DNA of 64,000 nt, from the NCBI GenBank assembly GCA_900617105.1, contig UYFQ01000381.1:1-64000 (forward strand), written 5' to 3'. This DNA comes from Hydrurus foetidus. Taxonomy: Eukaryota. Below the pieces are notes generated by a model. The model did no database searches and was not told where the DNA came from. It saw only the letters and a list, made by a program, of their open reading frames with translations. The position numbers and the translations under genes are program-made. Positions 1 to 12,442 of the stretch are shown here, piece by piece (the stretch's first letter is position 1; every line of letters begins with the position of its first letter).

Positions 1-3000
1 CAAGCGCGCTGCTGAGCCTGATGAGGACACCATCAAACCACGTGCTAAGTCCGCGAAGACTGCAAAGTCTTCGAATCCCTCAACCACTCGCACCGTACAG
101 GTCTGTGTTGGTTGTGGAAGATCTAATCACACTATCTCTGTGTGTAGATTTACTGCATCACCCTACTTCAATTCTTCTGACAGTGCATATGCTGATAGCA
201 ATGCATTTAAGAAACTGAAAAAGGATTACCCTGATGCATTGGTTGCAAGAGGAGCGTACGTGCCTACCACCTCCTCTTCTTCCTCTTCTTCTACTGCTAC
301 CGCGTCAGCCTCGGCTGTACCGGAGGGTCCGTCTAAGCCGGTCACTAAGCAAAAGAGCTTAAAGAAGACAAGTAAGTTATCATCAACTATTAGTTTCACT
401 GATGTTGTTATTCCTTCTTCCATATTGGGAGCTCTTACGAACCTTTCGTCAGCCGACTTTCTAACTGCTACTGTCACCTATGTGTCACAGCCCAGCCAGC
501 CAAGAAATGAAGTCCAAGTGCTGATCGATACGGGATCGCTCGCCGGCAATTTTGTTGCCATGCGTGTAATTAAGAATTTTCATTTAGAAGAATTTATTAT
601 TTTCGACAAGACACTGACTGTTTGTTCAGCCTTAGATGGAAAATGTTATAACATTTCTAAGTCTATAAATTTGAAAATGACTTACTTTTCTGAACGTTTA
701 AATAAAAATACTTTTTTAAATTTCAAAGCAATTATTTTAAACAAGTCTTCAGTCGATGTTGTGATCGGACGAGTGACAATTCGGGAATCACAAATATTCC
801 TCGAGTTGCCTAGTCAATTAGCATCGACTAATATAGTGCACAGGGCAGCGACCTCAGTAACACCCCAAAGGGTTATTGTATCAGGTCTACTAGCTTCTCT
901 CGTCATTCAATCCGAGAATACATCTCAACTGGCTATGCCAGATGATGATGAAATCGGTGAACATGAGGCTAGTACCTTTTCACCTTGGTTACCGGATACC
1001 AATCCGGAACCGGTTGACCCAGTATCCCTGATTAACATATCGGGTACTCCTGAACTTCAGGAGTTGATTAGACTACTCTGTATTGAATACAGAGATATCT
1101 TTTCAAATACACTTTCATCTCAGCCTGCTTCTATTCCTCCTTTTGATCTGGTTGTTCAGGACCCTAAGTGGCGTGTCTCTAAAAATAGACAACCACCTAG
1201 ACCTCAATCAGCAGCCAATCAGAAGGAGATTACTAGACAATTAAATATCCTCATTGAGCAGGGTATTATTGAGAAATCCACGGCGGCTTATTATAGCCAA
1301 GGATTTTTAGTAACTAAGGCTGACGGATCTAAAAGATTCGTTATAGATTACCGTAACTTGAACGAATGTACGGAACATGCCTCTTGGCCCGTACCGAACA
1401 TAACGGAAATGTTACAGAGAATCGGTTCTCAGAAACCGACGATCTTTGGCACGGTGGATTTTGCTCAAGCATACCATCAAGCCGCATTAACACTCGCTAC
1501 TAAAAAATATACTTCGTTTATATTATATAGTGGTGTCTATCAGTTTACTAGACTACCTTTTGGTCTAAAGCAAGCACCTTCTTATTTTCAAGAGATGATT
1601 GCTACTGAAGTGTTAAATACGTTACTTTATAGAATTTTAGAAATTTATATCGATGACGTTAACATTTTTGGAAACAGTCCTGACAACTTTGTTGCACGAC
1701 TGCGAGAATTCTTTTCTCGCGTTCGTCTCCATAAAATGATCCTTAAACCATCCAAATGTTATCTTGGCTATGCCGATTTAAAATTTGTTGGTAAGGTTAT
1801 ATCACAAGAGGGACTTAGAATGTCCCAGAGTAAAATCCAATTAGTTTTGGATTTTCCTTGTCCTACTGTATCCAAACAACTTAAAAGTTTTCTTGGATTG
1901 GTAAACTATTTCCGTGATTTCATCAGAAATCAGTCTACGATAGTAAGACCGTTACATGCGTTACTTACAAATTATCAAAGAACAAAACGGATAGTATGGA
2001 CACCAGAAGCAACTTCTGCTTTTAATGAAATAAAGGAACAAGTATCGAAATGTACTACCATTCATTTCATTAGTGATACTGCACCAATCACGTTGCACAC
2101 TGATGCATCTGATTATGGTATCGGTGGTTACCTCTTCCAGACTATTGATGGAAAGGACTATCCGGTTGCATTTGTAAGCAAATCTCTTTCTGGGTCTCAA
2201 CTTCGTTGGTCCACTATTCAAAAGGAAGCTTATGCAATTTACTATTCTTGTATTTTTCTACAATCACTTTTACGTGATAGATTATTTACAATTCGAACGG
2301 ATCATAGAAATCTGTTATACATATATAACAATTCTAATCCAATGATTGTTCGGTGGTATGTAGCACTCTCAGAGTATACATATAAAATTGAATTTATTAA
2401 AGGTGTTGATAATGATATCGCCGACTCTATGTCTCGACTATGTCGTAACAATATGATCGACTCACCTAAGGAATACTCTGCAGATATGATTCTTGCAGCA
2501 GCTATTATTCCGAAAATTCAACTCACCGATATGCAATACAATGCTATATCATCAGTTCACAATTCTATGGTTGGTCATTTTGGACTAGCCAGAACTATGA
2601 AACGATTGAAAGCAAATCAACATAAGTGGGAATTCATGGAAAATCATGTTAGATATTTCATTGACTTTTGCCCACAATGTCAAAAGATGAGTATGATTAA
2701 AATACCTATTCATGCTCATCCTTTTACGACTTCGTCGTATTACCCTATGGAATGTTTAAACATCGACTTTGTCGGTCCATTTCCTGACGGAGGACATATC
2801 CTCGTTATCATTGATACATTCACTCGTTGGACTGAATTGTATCATACTACTGATTCAACTGCACTATCCGCCGCCCAATGTCTAATACAACATTTTGGTC
2901 GTTTCGGAGCACCTCATCAGTTAAGATCAGATAACGGTCCCCACTTTATTGCTGACGTAATACGTGAGTTTTTATCGTTTGTTGGTACTCGACACTGTTT

Positions 3001-3836
3001 AACATTAGCTTACTCTAAGGAGGAAAATGCTATTGTTGAACGTATGAACAAAGAGATTAACCGTCACATCCGATCACTCACATACGACAACACTTCATTA
3101 GAAGATTACAAATTAGCTTTACCTTTCGTTATGAGAATAATTAATTCAAATCATAGTGATCGTTTAAAGATATCTTCTGCACAATTACTGTTTGGTAACT
3201 GTGTTAATCTTGATCGTGGTATGTTCCGTCCAATTGACGAAGTTCCTCCTTCAAAGAAATCTATGTCAGTCTATATGAGTAACCTTCTCAAGACACAAGA
3301 TAGTCTTAGAAAAGCAGCTGCTAAAGAGCTTCTTCGCACTGACTTACTTCATATGACACATAAAAACAATTACAACATACGGATTTCCAACCCGGAACGT
3401 ATGTATTGGTACATTACCGTACAGGTCACCCGCCTACACGTCTTCATACGTTCTGGCGTGGTCCTATGAGAGTTATTTCCGGATCAAACTCAAGGTTTAC
3501 CCTTTATGATCTTATCTCTCATGTCGAAAAGAATATCATGTTTCAGATATGAAACCTTTTCTTTTTGATCCACTACGTGTTGAACCATTAGACGTTGCTC
3601 GTCATGATTATATGGAATTTTATATTGAGAATATCCTTGAACATCGTGGTGACTTACAACGCAAAACTTCGTTAGAATTCCTTGTCAAATGGTTAGGTTA
3701 TGCCGATGAACACAATTCATGGACATCCTATGCCAATCTTCGTGATACCGAAAAATTACACGAATACTTGACATCTAACAATCTTCAACGTTTAATACCT
3801 AGAAAGTTTACAAACGTTGTAGATACAAATATATAA
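1..3836 (+). CDS. Gag-Pol polyprotein of Gypsy-1 (partial; two apparent 1-nt deletions in A-runs near 3365 and 3530)
   Basis: CVGCGRSNHTISVC knuckle (101-165), LIDTGS protease, FVIDYRNLN and YIDD RT, TDASDYGIG RNase H, HNSMVGH..CPQC plus DFVGP/SDNG/VERMN integrase, FLVKWLGY..NSW chromodomain (3549-3836). Confidence 0.93.
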
Positions 3837-4166
3837 TACTAAACAATATCCATGATGGATTTCAACCCTATTTTTGTTTGTTGTCGGTCAACATTCTTTT
3901 GGGAGTTTTTAGTCAGTAAGAGTCTGACATAATTGTTTAGATATTATACCCCGACTCTAAGGAGTGCCGCCGATGAAAATCGTGTCGACAACATTTTGAT
4001 TTTCATATCCACACATACTACCAAATCTTTGACGATAGATAGGCGTATGGGATCCCTGAATAATTTGAAGTGGCACCTTTTTCAAATGAGCTATACGTTA
4101 CCACATGTATTTCCACTCATATTCATTTTCTTTCACTTAACTTAAATTTTAAGGAGGAAGGAGTAG

Positions 4167-4439
4167 TGTAGCCTAGCACGTACGTTCACCGTACACTTTA
4201 TATACGTTTGTATATATTCACGTATGTATATAATTCACGCACCCATAGTCTATTTTCATCCACATCAACTGTCCACCGGTAACGGACGCTCATCAGCATC
4301 AGCACCCTTGTAGCCTATCGTTTGTGTCTGTTGTTAGCTGCTTGCTCGCTTCTTTCACAAACTGTAACTAACCTAACAGTTTACTCCAGCATACCGTCTT
4401 TACCCGGATTCTTCGTACTCGAATCCGGCCGCGACTACA
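4167..4439 (+). repeat. 3' LTR of Gypsy-1 (273 bp)
   Basis: Directly after the PPT; TGTAG...CTACA inverted ends; partner LTR not in window. Confidence 0.8.
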
Positions 4440-4532
4440 GTTCCATAATATCCAACAGGTTGCAGCATTGATTGTAGTGACCGCTGACCGCGCACAACAC
4501 ATTCGCTTTCCGAGAATAATTCACATTCCTTG

Positions 4533-4765
4533 TGTTGACGGATCTCAAGTTTCGAAGTCGCGTACAGCCTCTCGCAGTACGTGTATCGTGGATCGCTTGG
4601 TCAAGACTCGTAAAATAAGCTTGGTGTAGTCAGTAATCACTTGTTAATTGACTGTGCTTCATCCCTGCTGAAGTCCCCGAGTCCCCTTTAACGCAACAAC
4701 AACATTCAATCATACACTACAGTTGAAGTATTCAGTGACGATGCACGGATCCATTCATCGTCTGT

Positions 4766-4814
<49 letters not shown>

Positions 4815-4890
4815 ATAATCCGTACGTCCGTACGAAAGCATAAGTACACTGATTGTGTTCGTGCCATAAACTCAGATATTATCTCCAACA
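4533..4890 (-). repeat. 3' LTR of Copia-1 (358 bp, contains (CA)22)
   Basis: Near-identical to 9831-10178 plus 12241-12252. Confidence 0.95.
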
Positions 4891-4955
4891 CACCTATGCC
4901 ACATCACAATCAACTCTATTCACGCATCACGCATATGTCTTTAATTAAATGCTGT

Positions 4956-7900
4956 CTAAGCTACTATCTCTTGGTCCCATCCGGTAAGCGCCTGTCTCTC
5001 CGACTTGAACTGTGCCCCCCCCCCGCAACGGCTTGGTCAGCATATTGGCGTACATGTGCTTAGTTCCAAGGTGCCGCACTCTCGCCTCGCCCTGGTCCAC
5101 ACGCTCCTTCAGCCAGAAGTACCACACGCTCCTTCAGCCAGAAGTACTTGATGGCGATGTGTCTTGTCCTCTCTGCGGCTGACCGTCCCCTTTCTATGAG
5201 TGACATACACGACATGTTGTCCTGGTACACTGTCACGGGTCCACACGCATGCCCTTGCCCTATGATAAAGTGTCTCAAGTGTAAGGCTTGGTTAGTAGAA
5301 TCAGACAGTGCGACCAGCTCTGCCTCTGTACTAGACTTCGTCACAATCTGTTGCTTCGCTGACTTCGAGTGCACCGCACCCCTACTCCCCACCACCACAC
5401 AGCTCCCCGTATGTGATCTCCCGTCCGGGTGTACCCCGTACGCTGCGTCGATCAGCACGCTCACTTCTATCCCCTTCGCCCCAGGTGCGAACACCACTCC
5501 TCTGTCCTTGGTGGCATTGATGTACCTCAGCAGTCGCTCCAGCTTCGCCAGGTCATCCTCTGTGCACCGTGTCACTCGGGTCGCAAGGAAAGCCACGGCG
5601 GTCAGGCAGTCTGGTCTCGCACGCTTCGCAAGGTACAGTCCCTTTGCCACTTGACGGTGGAATCGGACGCGCTCCTCCTCGCTCGCCATCGCCGCACTCT
5701 CCCTCACGTCAAAGAGTCCCTCTGTCGCTGGTGATCTCGCACCCCCCTTCGTCCCGCTTTCTTTGAGCATGTCTTCCACGGATCCCGTCATCGACACGCG
5801 TGCCATACCTGTGAATGAAAGGTCGAAAACCATCCCTAGGTAGTTCACTATAGGGCCATGCTTCCTGGTAATGTCGCCGTACCTTTTTATCAGACCGGTT
5901 GCAACCGCCTCGATCATAATCCCATCGATGCTCGTCACCATCAAGTCATCCACGTGCACGGCGATGGTACATTGCACTCCATGCTCGTTGTACTTGTTGA
6001 ACACACACGTGTCGTGTGCGTTCGGTACGTACCCCATTTCGGACAGTCCGACCTTCAGGTTCTCGTACCACAGCGCGGCTGACTCCACGCACCCGTACAG
6101 TGCCTTGTCAAGGCGCACCACGATACACCCCTTGTGGTCGACAAATTGCGCATATGGGGGCGACAGTCTCACCATGATGCCTGACATGTTTCGATCCAAT
6201 CGCATGTGCACCGAGAGTCCCGTGGTCATGTCCGCGTTCAGAAAAGCCCCGCTGATGTCAATCACCGTGATCCTCCTCCCCTCATGTGCGGCTATGCTCA
6301 GCAGCGTGAAGACCGAGCTCGTTGCTACTGTCGATGCGGACAGGTCGTCGTACAGGTCGCGATCCTGTTGATCCCCTCCTGCGACTAGTCTTGCCTTCAA
6401 CTTCTCAAACTCCCCGCTTGCAAGGAACTTCTCCTTCAGAAACATACTAGACCTGATGATCCTCTTTTTCTCCTCACATGACAGTCCCTTCACGTCGACC
6501 GGCTCCCAAACCTTCTTGTCGATCATCTGCCTGAGCTCTTTCTCTATCACACTCACTGCTGCATCGCCTCTCGTTCGCAGCGCCTCACTGACCGATATGT
6601 TGAGCACATGATCTCCCCAGTCTGCACCGTTCCCCTCGTAGTTCCGTGTAAGCAGTGCCGAGCCACTCCTCATCCTGAAGAAGTCCATCAACTCGTGCCT
6701 GGTGACGCCGTGCCCCATCGGGTTCCGTGGCACGTCCAGGAGACGCGCTGCGTGATCCAGTGCGTCCCTCCCATTCCGCTGCTCTTCCACACCCTTGTCC
6801 CCTGCTGTATAGTCCACCGGCACTCCGCTCGCGTCGATCTCGCTTGCGTATGTCTCTTCGTGCTCGCGTGGCCCTGCTCGCATGCGGCTCATGTTCTCAA
6901 CTAGGCTGTCCATCTCACAGTCCACGTGCTCATGCTCCTCATGCTCCGCAACTCCAGGCTGCTCTACATCCTCACTGTGTGCATCCATGTCGTTAACTGC
7001 GTCACTGTCGCTCTGCTCATACTCACCCCCATGTCCGTGCTGCACGCCTTCACCATTGTCCATCTGATCTGGCTCGTCCACGTTATCAAGTGGCAGGACT
7101 GCAGGGTCGACTCCATCGTTCACTTCGGGTTCTATGGTGTCCGGGAGGTCACTCACTGCGCCTGCGTCCTGCGCATAGGTTGCTGGTTTCGTGTACAATT
7201 CCCCCTTACCCTTGACTCTACCGTCGGCCAGTGCGAGATCGTTCAGTCGCTTGATGACCGACTCCGGCATCGGGAGTATTCGGAACTGATCACGGTTGAC
7301 CAGATGCCCTGTTTTGAGCGATAGCATTCTGACGGACCCAGTACGATTCCCAAGGGGGAGCATCACCACACAGTCCTCGGTTCGACTCTCCATTCCTGAA
7401 TCAGTGTTAGTAACGGTACACTGTGCGTAGTCTCCGAATGAACAGCGAAAATCCCTCTTACCATCAGGCTTCCTACCGATAAACGCCTCTCGGGGGCTGG
7501 GGCCCCATTCTCGTAGTCCAGCCTGGATATACAGTACAGTACACACATGGCGATACCCACGGTCGACAATGTGAACGGTAGATGGTACGCTACATGAGAT
7601 CGTACTCGTTCCTTAACAAGCCTGATTTTTCTTTCTATCCTAGCCACGTGCCCGCCAGCTCCGCTGATGTCCACTTCCACCCCAAGTTTTCCTAACTCGT
7701 CGACGAGGCTGACCACTGCGCTCTCTCCGTCGCTCATGATCACGGAGGCTCTAAAGTTTTGCGAGGCGAGGACGCCAAGAAATGGCTGATTCCAAGCTTC
7801 ACCTGAGCTGCTGTCCTCGCTGGCTTCTTCAGATCTGCTGTATTGAGACTATATGCAATAGTTAGACCTAGTGGAGTAGCCACCCCGACTAGAATAGCTA

Positions 7901-9806
7901 ATTTATCTAAATACATAATGTCGATCGACAGGACCTGATCTCTTTGCAGTATTTTTGTGCTCACGGTGATGTCTGCGACAGCAGTAGCTCGCTTGGTAGT
8001 CTTCCCTTTCAGGGAAGCTATATCCTTCCCCCATATCGCTTCAGCGATCTGGAAATCTCTCGCGCTGACCTCGAAGTTGCTCCCACTGTTGATGATCGAC
8101 ATCGCCTGCTCCACTGTCGGGAACCCCATCCTAGCAAGCATCTCCCTGGCTCTCCTAGCCTGCTCCACCTCACGCTTCGTGAATGCTCTCAGGTTTTCAG
8201 TAACTGTTGCCACCAGGGCTCGATCGTTCATGAATTCTCTCCAGTCGCAAGAGTAGAATCTACCCTCGCTCCCTGCGACATGCTTCCTTCCAAATCGATA
8301 CACGCTCTCGCTCCCCTTAGGTCGCAGGGTAAAGCAGTCACTCAGGTAGTCGTATCTTATAGCAGCTCCCGAATCGACTTGTGACGCAAATGACAGGATG
8401 TTGGCCGACGCTGCTCCACTGTAGTAAACAGTTCCGAACTCCCCGAAGTTTCCTTCTTGATCGACTGAAACGCCTCCCCTCTGCTCGATCCCAGTTACTC
8501 GCACTTTCTTGTCGGTCACTCGCACGTCGGTGAGTAAATCCTTGTTGCTGAAGATGTTCAGCGAGGCTTCATTGTCCAGTAGTACATCGTACTTTGTAAA
8601 GCAGCATACCTCCTGTGCTGCGACCAGTGCTATACCCCACTCACTAACCTCACCCTCGTACTCACTGTCCGACTCTGTCGTCGTGACGTGGACTTTCTCA
8701 ACTGACAGTTTCCGTTGTGGACAGTTCCTTGCGTAGTGTCCCTTCAATTCACATTTGAAGCATTCGACATCTGCTAACGATTTCTTACCGGTCCCTCCTG
8801 CTTTCCCCGCTTTCTTCTCCGGGTCATTGGAGGCGATAACGTGTGCTCCTTCTGTAACGTACGCTGCGTTCGCACCGGCGGGTGCTGGTGCGGCTGCTGG
8901 TATGGGGTCTCTTCCCTCGTTCCATTGGTTCGATACGTGGAAGGCTGAGGCGAGTGTGTTCGGGAACGCATCCGGTTTACGCCTTAGTGCGTCATGCTTC
9001 ATATCGCCCATCATGACCCCGAACCTGCGGGGATCGAGTTTGCCGAGGAAGTCGAGTGCGCGCTTCGATTCCGATACGGCTGCGATCCCCATAGCGAGGT
9101 TCGCCGTCACCTGTTCGTCAAAGCGATTCTTGAAGGTTACTAAATGCTCTCTCTCACCTTGTCTCATAGACGCGTATTTCATCTCCTGTTGGTGCTGATT
9201 GTACTCTACCAGTGCCTCATCTGCACCGTACATGTGCGTGAGGTGAGTTCGCTCGATCAGTGTCCATAACAGGACGCAGTCTAGGGTGAGATACGCCGTC
9301 CTGTACTCCTCTTCCTCCCTTACTCTGCTCTGAGATATGAGCGACATACGCTTCCACATCATGGGGAAGACCGTACGTTCGTTCTCGTGTTGTGTCTTCA
9401 AATCTTTCTTCCTCTGAATGTACTCATTCTCTCTGAATTTCGCACGAGATTTCTGTGTCGCTTTGCGTTGCCTTTCTGATTTCGCCAGTCGCACCGCAGC
9501 GCGTGCGGCTTTAGCGGCGGCTGCTGCTGCAGTTCGCACCTGGTCTACCGGACCGTTGACGACCGGTACCTCTTCGTCGGACTCGTCTGAACTTTCCGAA
9601 GAAGAATCTGAGGGATAATCCTCGTATGATAACTTCGGAAGTTCGTATCTCACGCCAGTGGTGAAGAACATCCCCACGATTCCGTACAGTTCTGTGACGA
9701 TCGTCTGCATATGTTCTCTCCACTTGATGACGTTGCCGTGTTTGCCGTGTTGGAGAATGCACTCTTCTGCACTCTTGAGGGCTTCTACAGCGCGTTTGGG
9801 AGGCAT
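4956..9806 (-). pseudogene. Copia-1 Gag-Pol, disrupted (frameshifts near 7770 and 7510, 25-bp tandem duplication 5097-5146, altered C-run near 5015)
   Basis: CFKCELKGHYARNC knuckle, LLDNEAS protease, SIDIMY/SDGE/IERKIR integrase, KARLVAGG, LYGCVES and HVDD RT, DAAYG and SSTEAEL RNase H; colinear with Copia-2. Confidence 0.9.
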
Positions 9807-10071
9807 GGAAAATGCCTAGCCAGTCAATTATGTTGACGGATCTCAAGTTTCGAAGTCGCGTACAGCCTCTCGCAGTACGTGTATCGTGGATCGCTTGGTC
9901 AAGACTCGTGAAATAAGCTTGGTGTAGTCAGTAATCACTTGTTAATTGACTGTGCTTCATCCCTGCTGAAGTCCCCGAGTCCCTTTCAACGCAACAACAA
10001 CATTCAATCATACACTACAGTTGAAGTATTCAGTGACGATGCACGGATCCATTCATCGTCTTCACGCATGT

Positions 10072-10114
<43 letters not shown>

Positions 10115-10178
10115 ATAATCCGTACGTCCGTACGAAAGCATAAGTACACTGATTGTGTTCGTGCCATAAACTCAGATA

Positions 10179-12238
10179 ACGTAAAGCTCGGATAGCTTAG
10201 TACCGGAAGGCTCAGGAAATCGCGAAGATCCCCGTAGTGTAGCTTGGCACTCAGGAAATTTCGAAAACTGAGTTAAACGTTCCTGAGTCAACCGATAGAG
10301 AGATATGCTACTTATATTCTCCTTAGAACAGCAATTGAGCAAGATGATGAAGAAAGTGAGCACCTTTTTCCCGGTTGTCTCCAAGGAGATGCACGCCGCA
10401 AGATCAATCGTTTCAAATTTGATCGATGATGAGAGGGTAGCCGCTAGAAGAGAAGCGAAAGCGAAAGCTGATAAGGCAAAGAGCGATCGAATTCTTGAGG
10501 CAAACGCACGATACAACAAAATAAGGAAAAGGAAACGAGAAGAAGCAAAAGCGGCTGGTTTATTGGTTGATCCAGTCATGCATGCGATAGACAATATCTT
10601 TCTAGATGTCGCCGAGCCAGAGGTAGCCGACAAAAAGGTTAGAGTTCAGTTCTCGAGGCCCAAGAATTGGGCTGTGATTGCGGAATTTTACGGTCAGTGG
10701 GGGAAAAGCAAAACGTTGATGGTTTTTCAAGAAGAGTTTGAAGGTCGCAGTGATAGGTCTGCAGATCAGGCTTTAAGGCAGTGGCTTGTCGACTTCCGAT
10801 CCCAGAAGCTAATCATCGCTTCGAATAGGGCTCCAGCCTATGGGACTGCTATCGATAACTTGTTACTGGTAGAGACGAAGACCCGAATAGCAGCAGGGCT
10901 CCCTACGGATGATACTACGCTGCGACTGATTCTTGTCGGACTTCTTGAATCGCATGGCAAATCCGATCTACTGGAGGAAAATGGTGGCAAGAACTCGTTC
11001 CAACATGGATGGGCCTGCAGATTCTGGAAACGCCACAATCTCGTAAGCAGAGCCGTGACGACTAAGATGCGACTACTGCCAGGAAACTTTGCTGCTTTAG
11101 AGGAAAACTATATCACTGTCGCAGCACAAATGATACGTGACCACAACGTTCCTCCTGACTTAGTCTATGGGCAGGATGAAACGAACGCTCAATTTGTATC
11201 GAGACCAAACAGGACTCGAGCGGAAAGAGGTTCCAAGCGTGTACGGTTGCTCGGAGTTGGTTGTGAGAAACCTCAAATAACCGTAACCTTTACACTGAAG
11301 GAAACGGGAGAAGTCGTCGGACTACACCAACTAATCTTTGGCGGCAAGACAAAGAAGTGCGAACCGCAAAAGCCACCGCCTGCAAATACTTACTACGATC
11401 ACACCGAAAGTCACTGGCAGATGCCAGCTACGTACATTACCTACTTGGCTAAGGTGGTTGTACCGAACAAAAATACCACTATCGAACGCTTGAAAGTACC
11501 ACTCGACCAGAAAGCGATCGTCGTTCATGACCTTCACTATTCCCATAAGAACGCTGCAGTCCTCGACTTTATGAAGGAAAATAAGCTGCTTTCACTGTAC
11601 ATACCTGCAGCTTGTACAGACGTTATGCAGACTTGTGACACGGTTGCCAACAAGCCGTTCAAAGTCGGTCTCAAAGCGGCTTTCCGTGATTATCTCCACA
11701 CGGAGTACGGTAAGTGGATGATTGCAAATCCGGAAGAGGAGGTCCGAGGACAGTGGAACCCGAAGTTTACAATGGGAGCGCTTAAGGAACAGATCACAAG
11801 CTTTGTTTCGATTGGCATGGACACACTGAAGACACCAGAGATGAAGATTACGATAGCGGAAGCCTTCGGTAGAGACAGCCATTTCACAATCATTCGGAGT
11901 GCAGAACGTCAAGCGCTTGTAGCACATAATCAAGACGCAAATATGATTGATGAGGGTGAGGAGCCTGAAGTTCCAGGAGAGAATATTGCTGTTGACACTG
12001 ACCGCGCATTTGCTGCATATGCCGGCTCTGACTCAGATAACAGTGACTTGGAAGATTTCGACTTTGATTAGATTTGTCATAATGTCGTGATTGCATCTGA
12101 CTTTGTGAAAATGAAGTAATTTAAGATATTATACTTGATGAACATGGATCACACCAATCCTATATGCACAGCTCGGCACTCAGGAAAAAAAAGTCCAAGA
12201 TCCTGAGTTAAAAATCCTAAGCTATCCGAGCTTTACGT
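10179..12238 (+). mobile_element. Autonomous-looking pogo-family (Tc1/mariner-related) DNA transposon
   Basis: Perfect 22-bp TIRs ACGTAAAGCTCGGATAGCTTAG / CTAAGCTATCCGAGCTTTACGT; TA TSD at 10177-10178 and 12239-12240; subterminal CTCAGGA/TCCTGAG motifs. Confidence 0.96.
10305..12071 (+). CDS. pogo/CENP-B-like DDE_1 transposase (DD35D)
   Basis: Intact 588-aa ORF; FQHGWACRFWKRH HTH-like motif, GQDET, HDLHYSH and QTCDTVANKPFK catalytic motifs with 35 residues between the second and third Asp; acidic tail. Confidence 0.92.
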   Translation: MLLIFSLEQQLSKMMKKVSTFFPVVSKEMHAARSIVSNLIDDERVAARREAKAKADKAKSDRILEANARYNKIRKRKREEAKAAGLLVDPVMHAIDNIFLDVAEPEVADKKVRVQFSRPKNWAVIAEFYGQWGKSKTLMVFQEEFEGRSDRSADQALRQWLVDFRSQKLIIASNRAPAYGTAIDNLLLVETKTRIAAGLPTDDTTLRLILVGLLESHGKSDLLEENGGKNSFQHGWACRFWKRHNLVSRAVTTKMRLLPGNFAALEENYITVAAQMIRDHNVPPDLVYGQDETNAQFVSRPNRTRAERGSKRVRLLGVGCEKPQITVTFTLKETGEVVGLHQLIFGGKTKKCEPQKPPPANTYYDHTESHWQMPATYITYLAKVVVPNKNTTIERLKVPLDQKAIVVHDLHYSHKNAAVLDFMKENKLLSLYIPAACTDVMQTCDTVANKPFKVGLKAAFRDYLHTEYGKWMIANPEEEVRGQWNPKFTMGALKEQITSFVSIGMDTLKTPEMKITIAEAFGRDSHFTIIRSAERQALVAHNQDANMIDEGEEPEVPGENIAVDTDRAFAAYAGSDSDNSDLEDFDFD

Positions 12239-12442
12239 TATTATCTCCAACACCTTGCAACAACAACTTCTTGCAACAACAGTGGAGTGTGGAGTGCTGT
12301 ATTATTTATTTCTGTTGTAGCTGTAGCTCTAATACAGTAGAGAAGAAGACAGCTCAACCTGATACCTATTACTGCTGGGCCGTGCAGCAAAGGCAAGTGT
12401 TATTGAAGGATATTACTTGGGGTGATAAATTACCATTCTCCA

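Larger units (their letters stand above)
1..4439 (+). mobile_element. Ty3/Gypsy chromovirus-type LTR retrotransposon (Gypsy-1), 5' part outside the window
   Basis: Domain order zinc knuckle-PR-RT-RNaseH-IN-chromodomain; PPT AAGGAGGAAGGAGTAG (4151-4166) followed by an LTR starting TGTAG (4167) and ending CTACA (4439). Confidence 0.95.
4533..12252 (-). mobile_element. Full-length Ty1/Copia LTR retrotransposon (Copia-1, CoDi-like); 5' LTR interrupted by a pogo transposon
   Basis: LTRs TGTTG...CAACA at 4533-4890 and 9831-12252 (split); 5-bp TSD CCTTG at 4528-4532 and 12253-12257; gag-PR-IN-RT-RH order on the minus strand. Confidence 0.97.
9831..12252 (-). repeat. 5' LTR of Copia-1, split into 9831-10178 and 12239-12252 by the pogo insertion
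   Basis: Matches the 3' LTR; the terminal TTATCTCCAACA resumes at 12241 and is followed by the TSD. Confidence 0.93.

Noticed and set aside
3908..3938. Hammerhead ribozyme in the Gypsy 3' UTR
   Set aside because: No CTGATGA...GAAA core with the required stems; kept only as a conserved hairpin.
4404..4428. Hairpin CCGGATTC...GAATCCGG in the Gypsy-1 LTR as a terminator
   Set aside because: An ordinary U5 stem-loop in a eukaryotic LTR; no support for a specific function.
10305..12071. Domesticated CENP-B gene linked to the satellite
   Set aside because: It has intact TIRs, a TA TSD and a full catalytic triad inside a young LTR, so it is a mobile pogo element.
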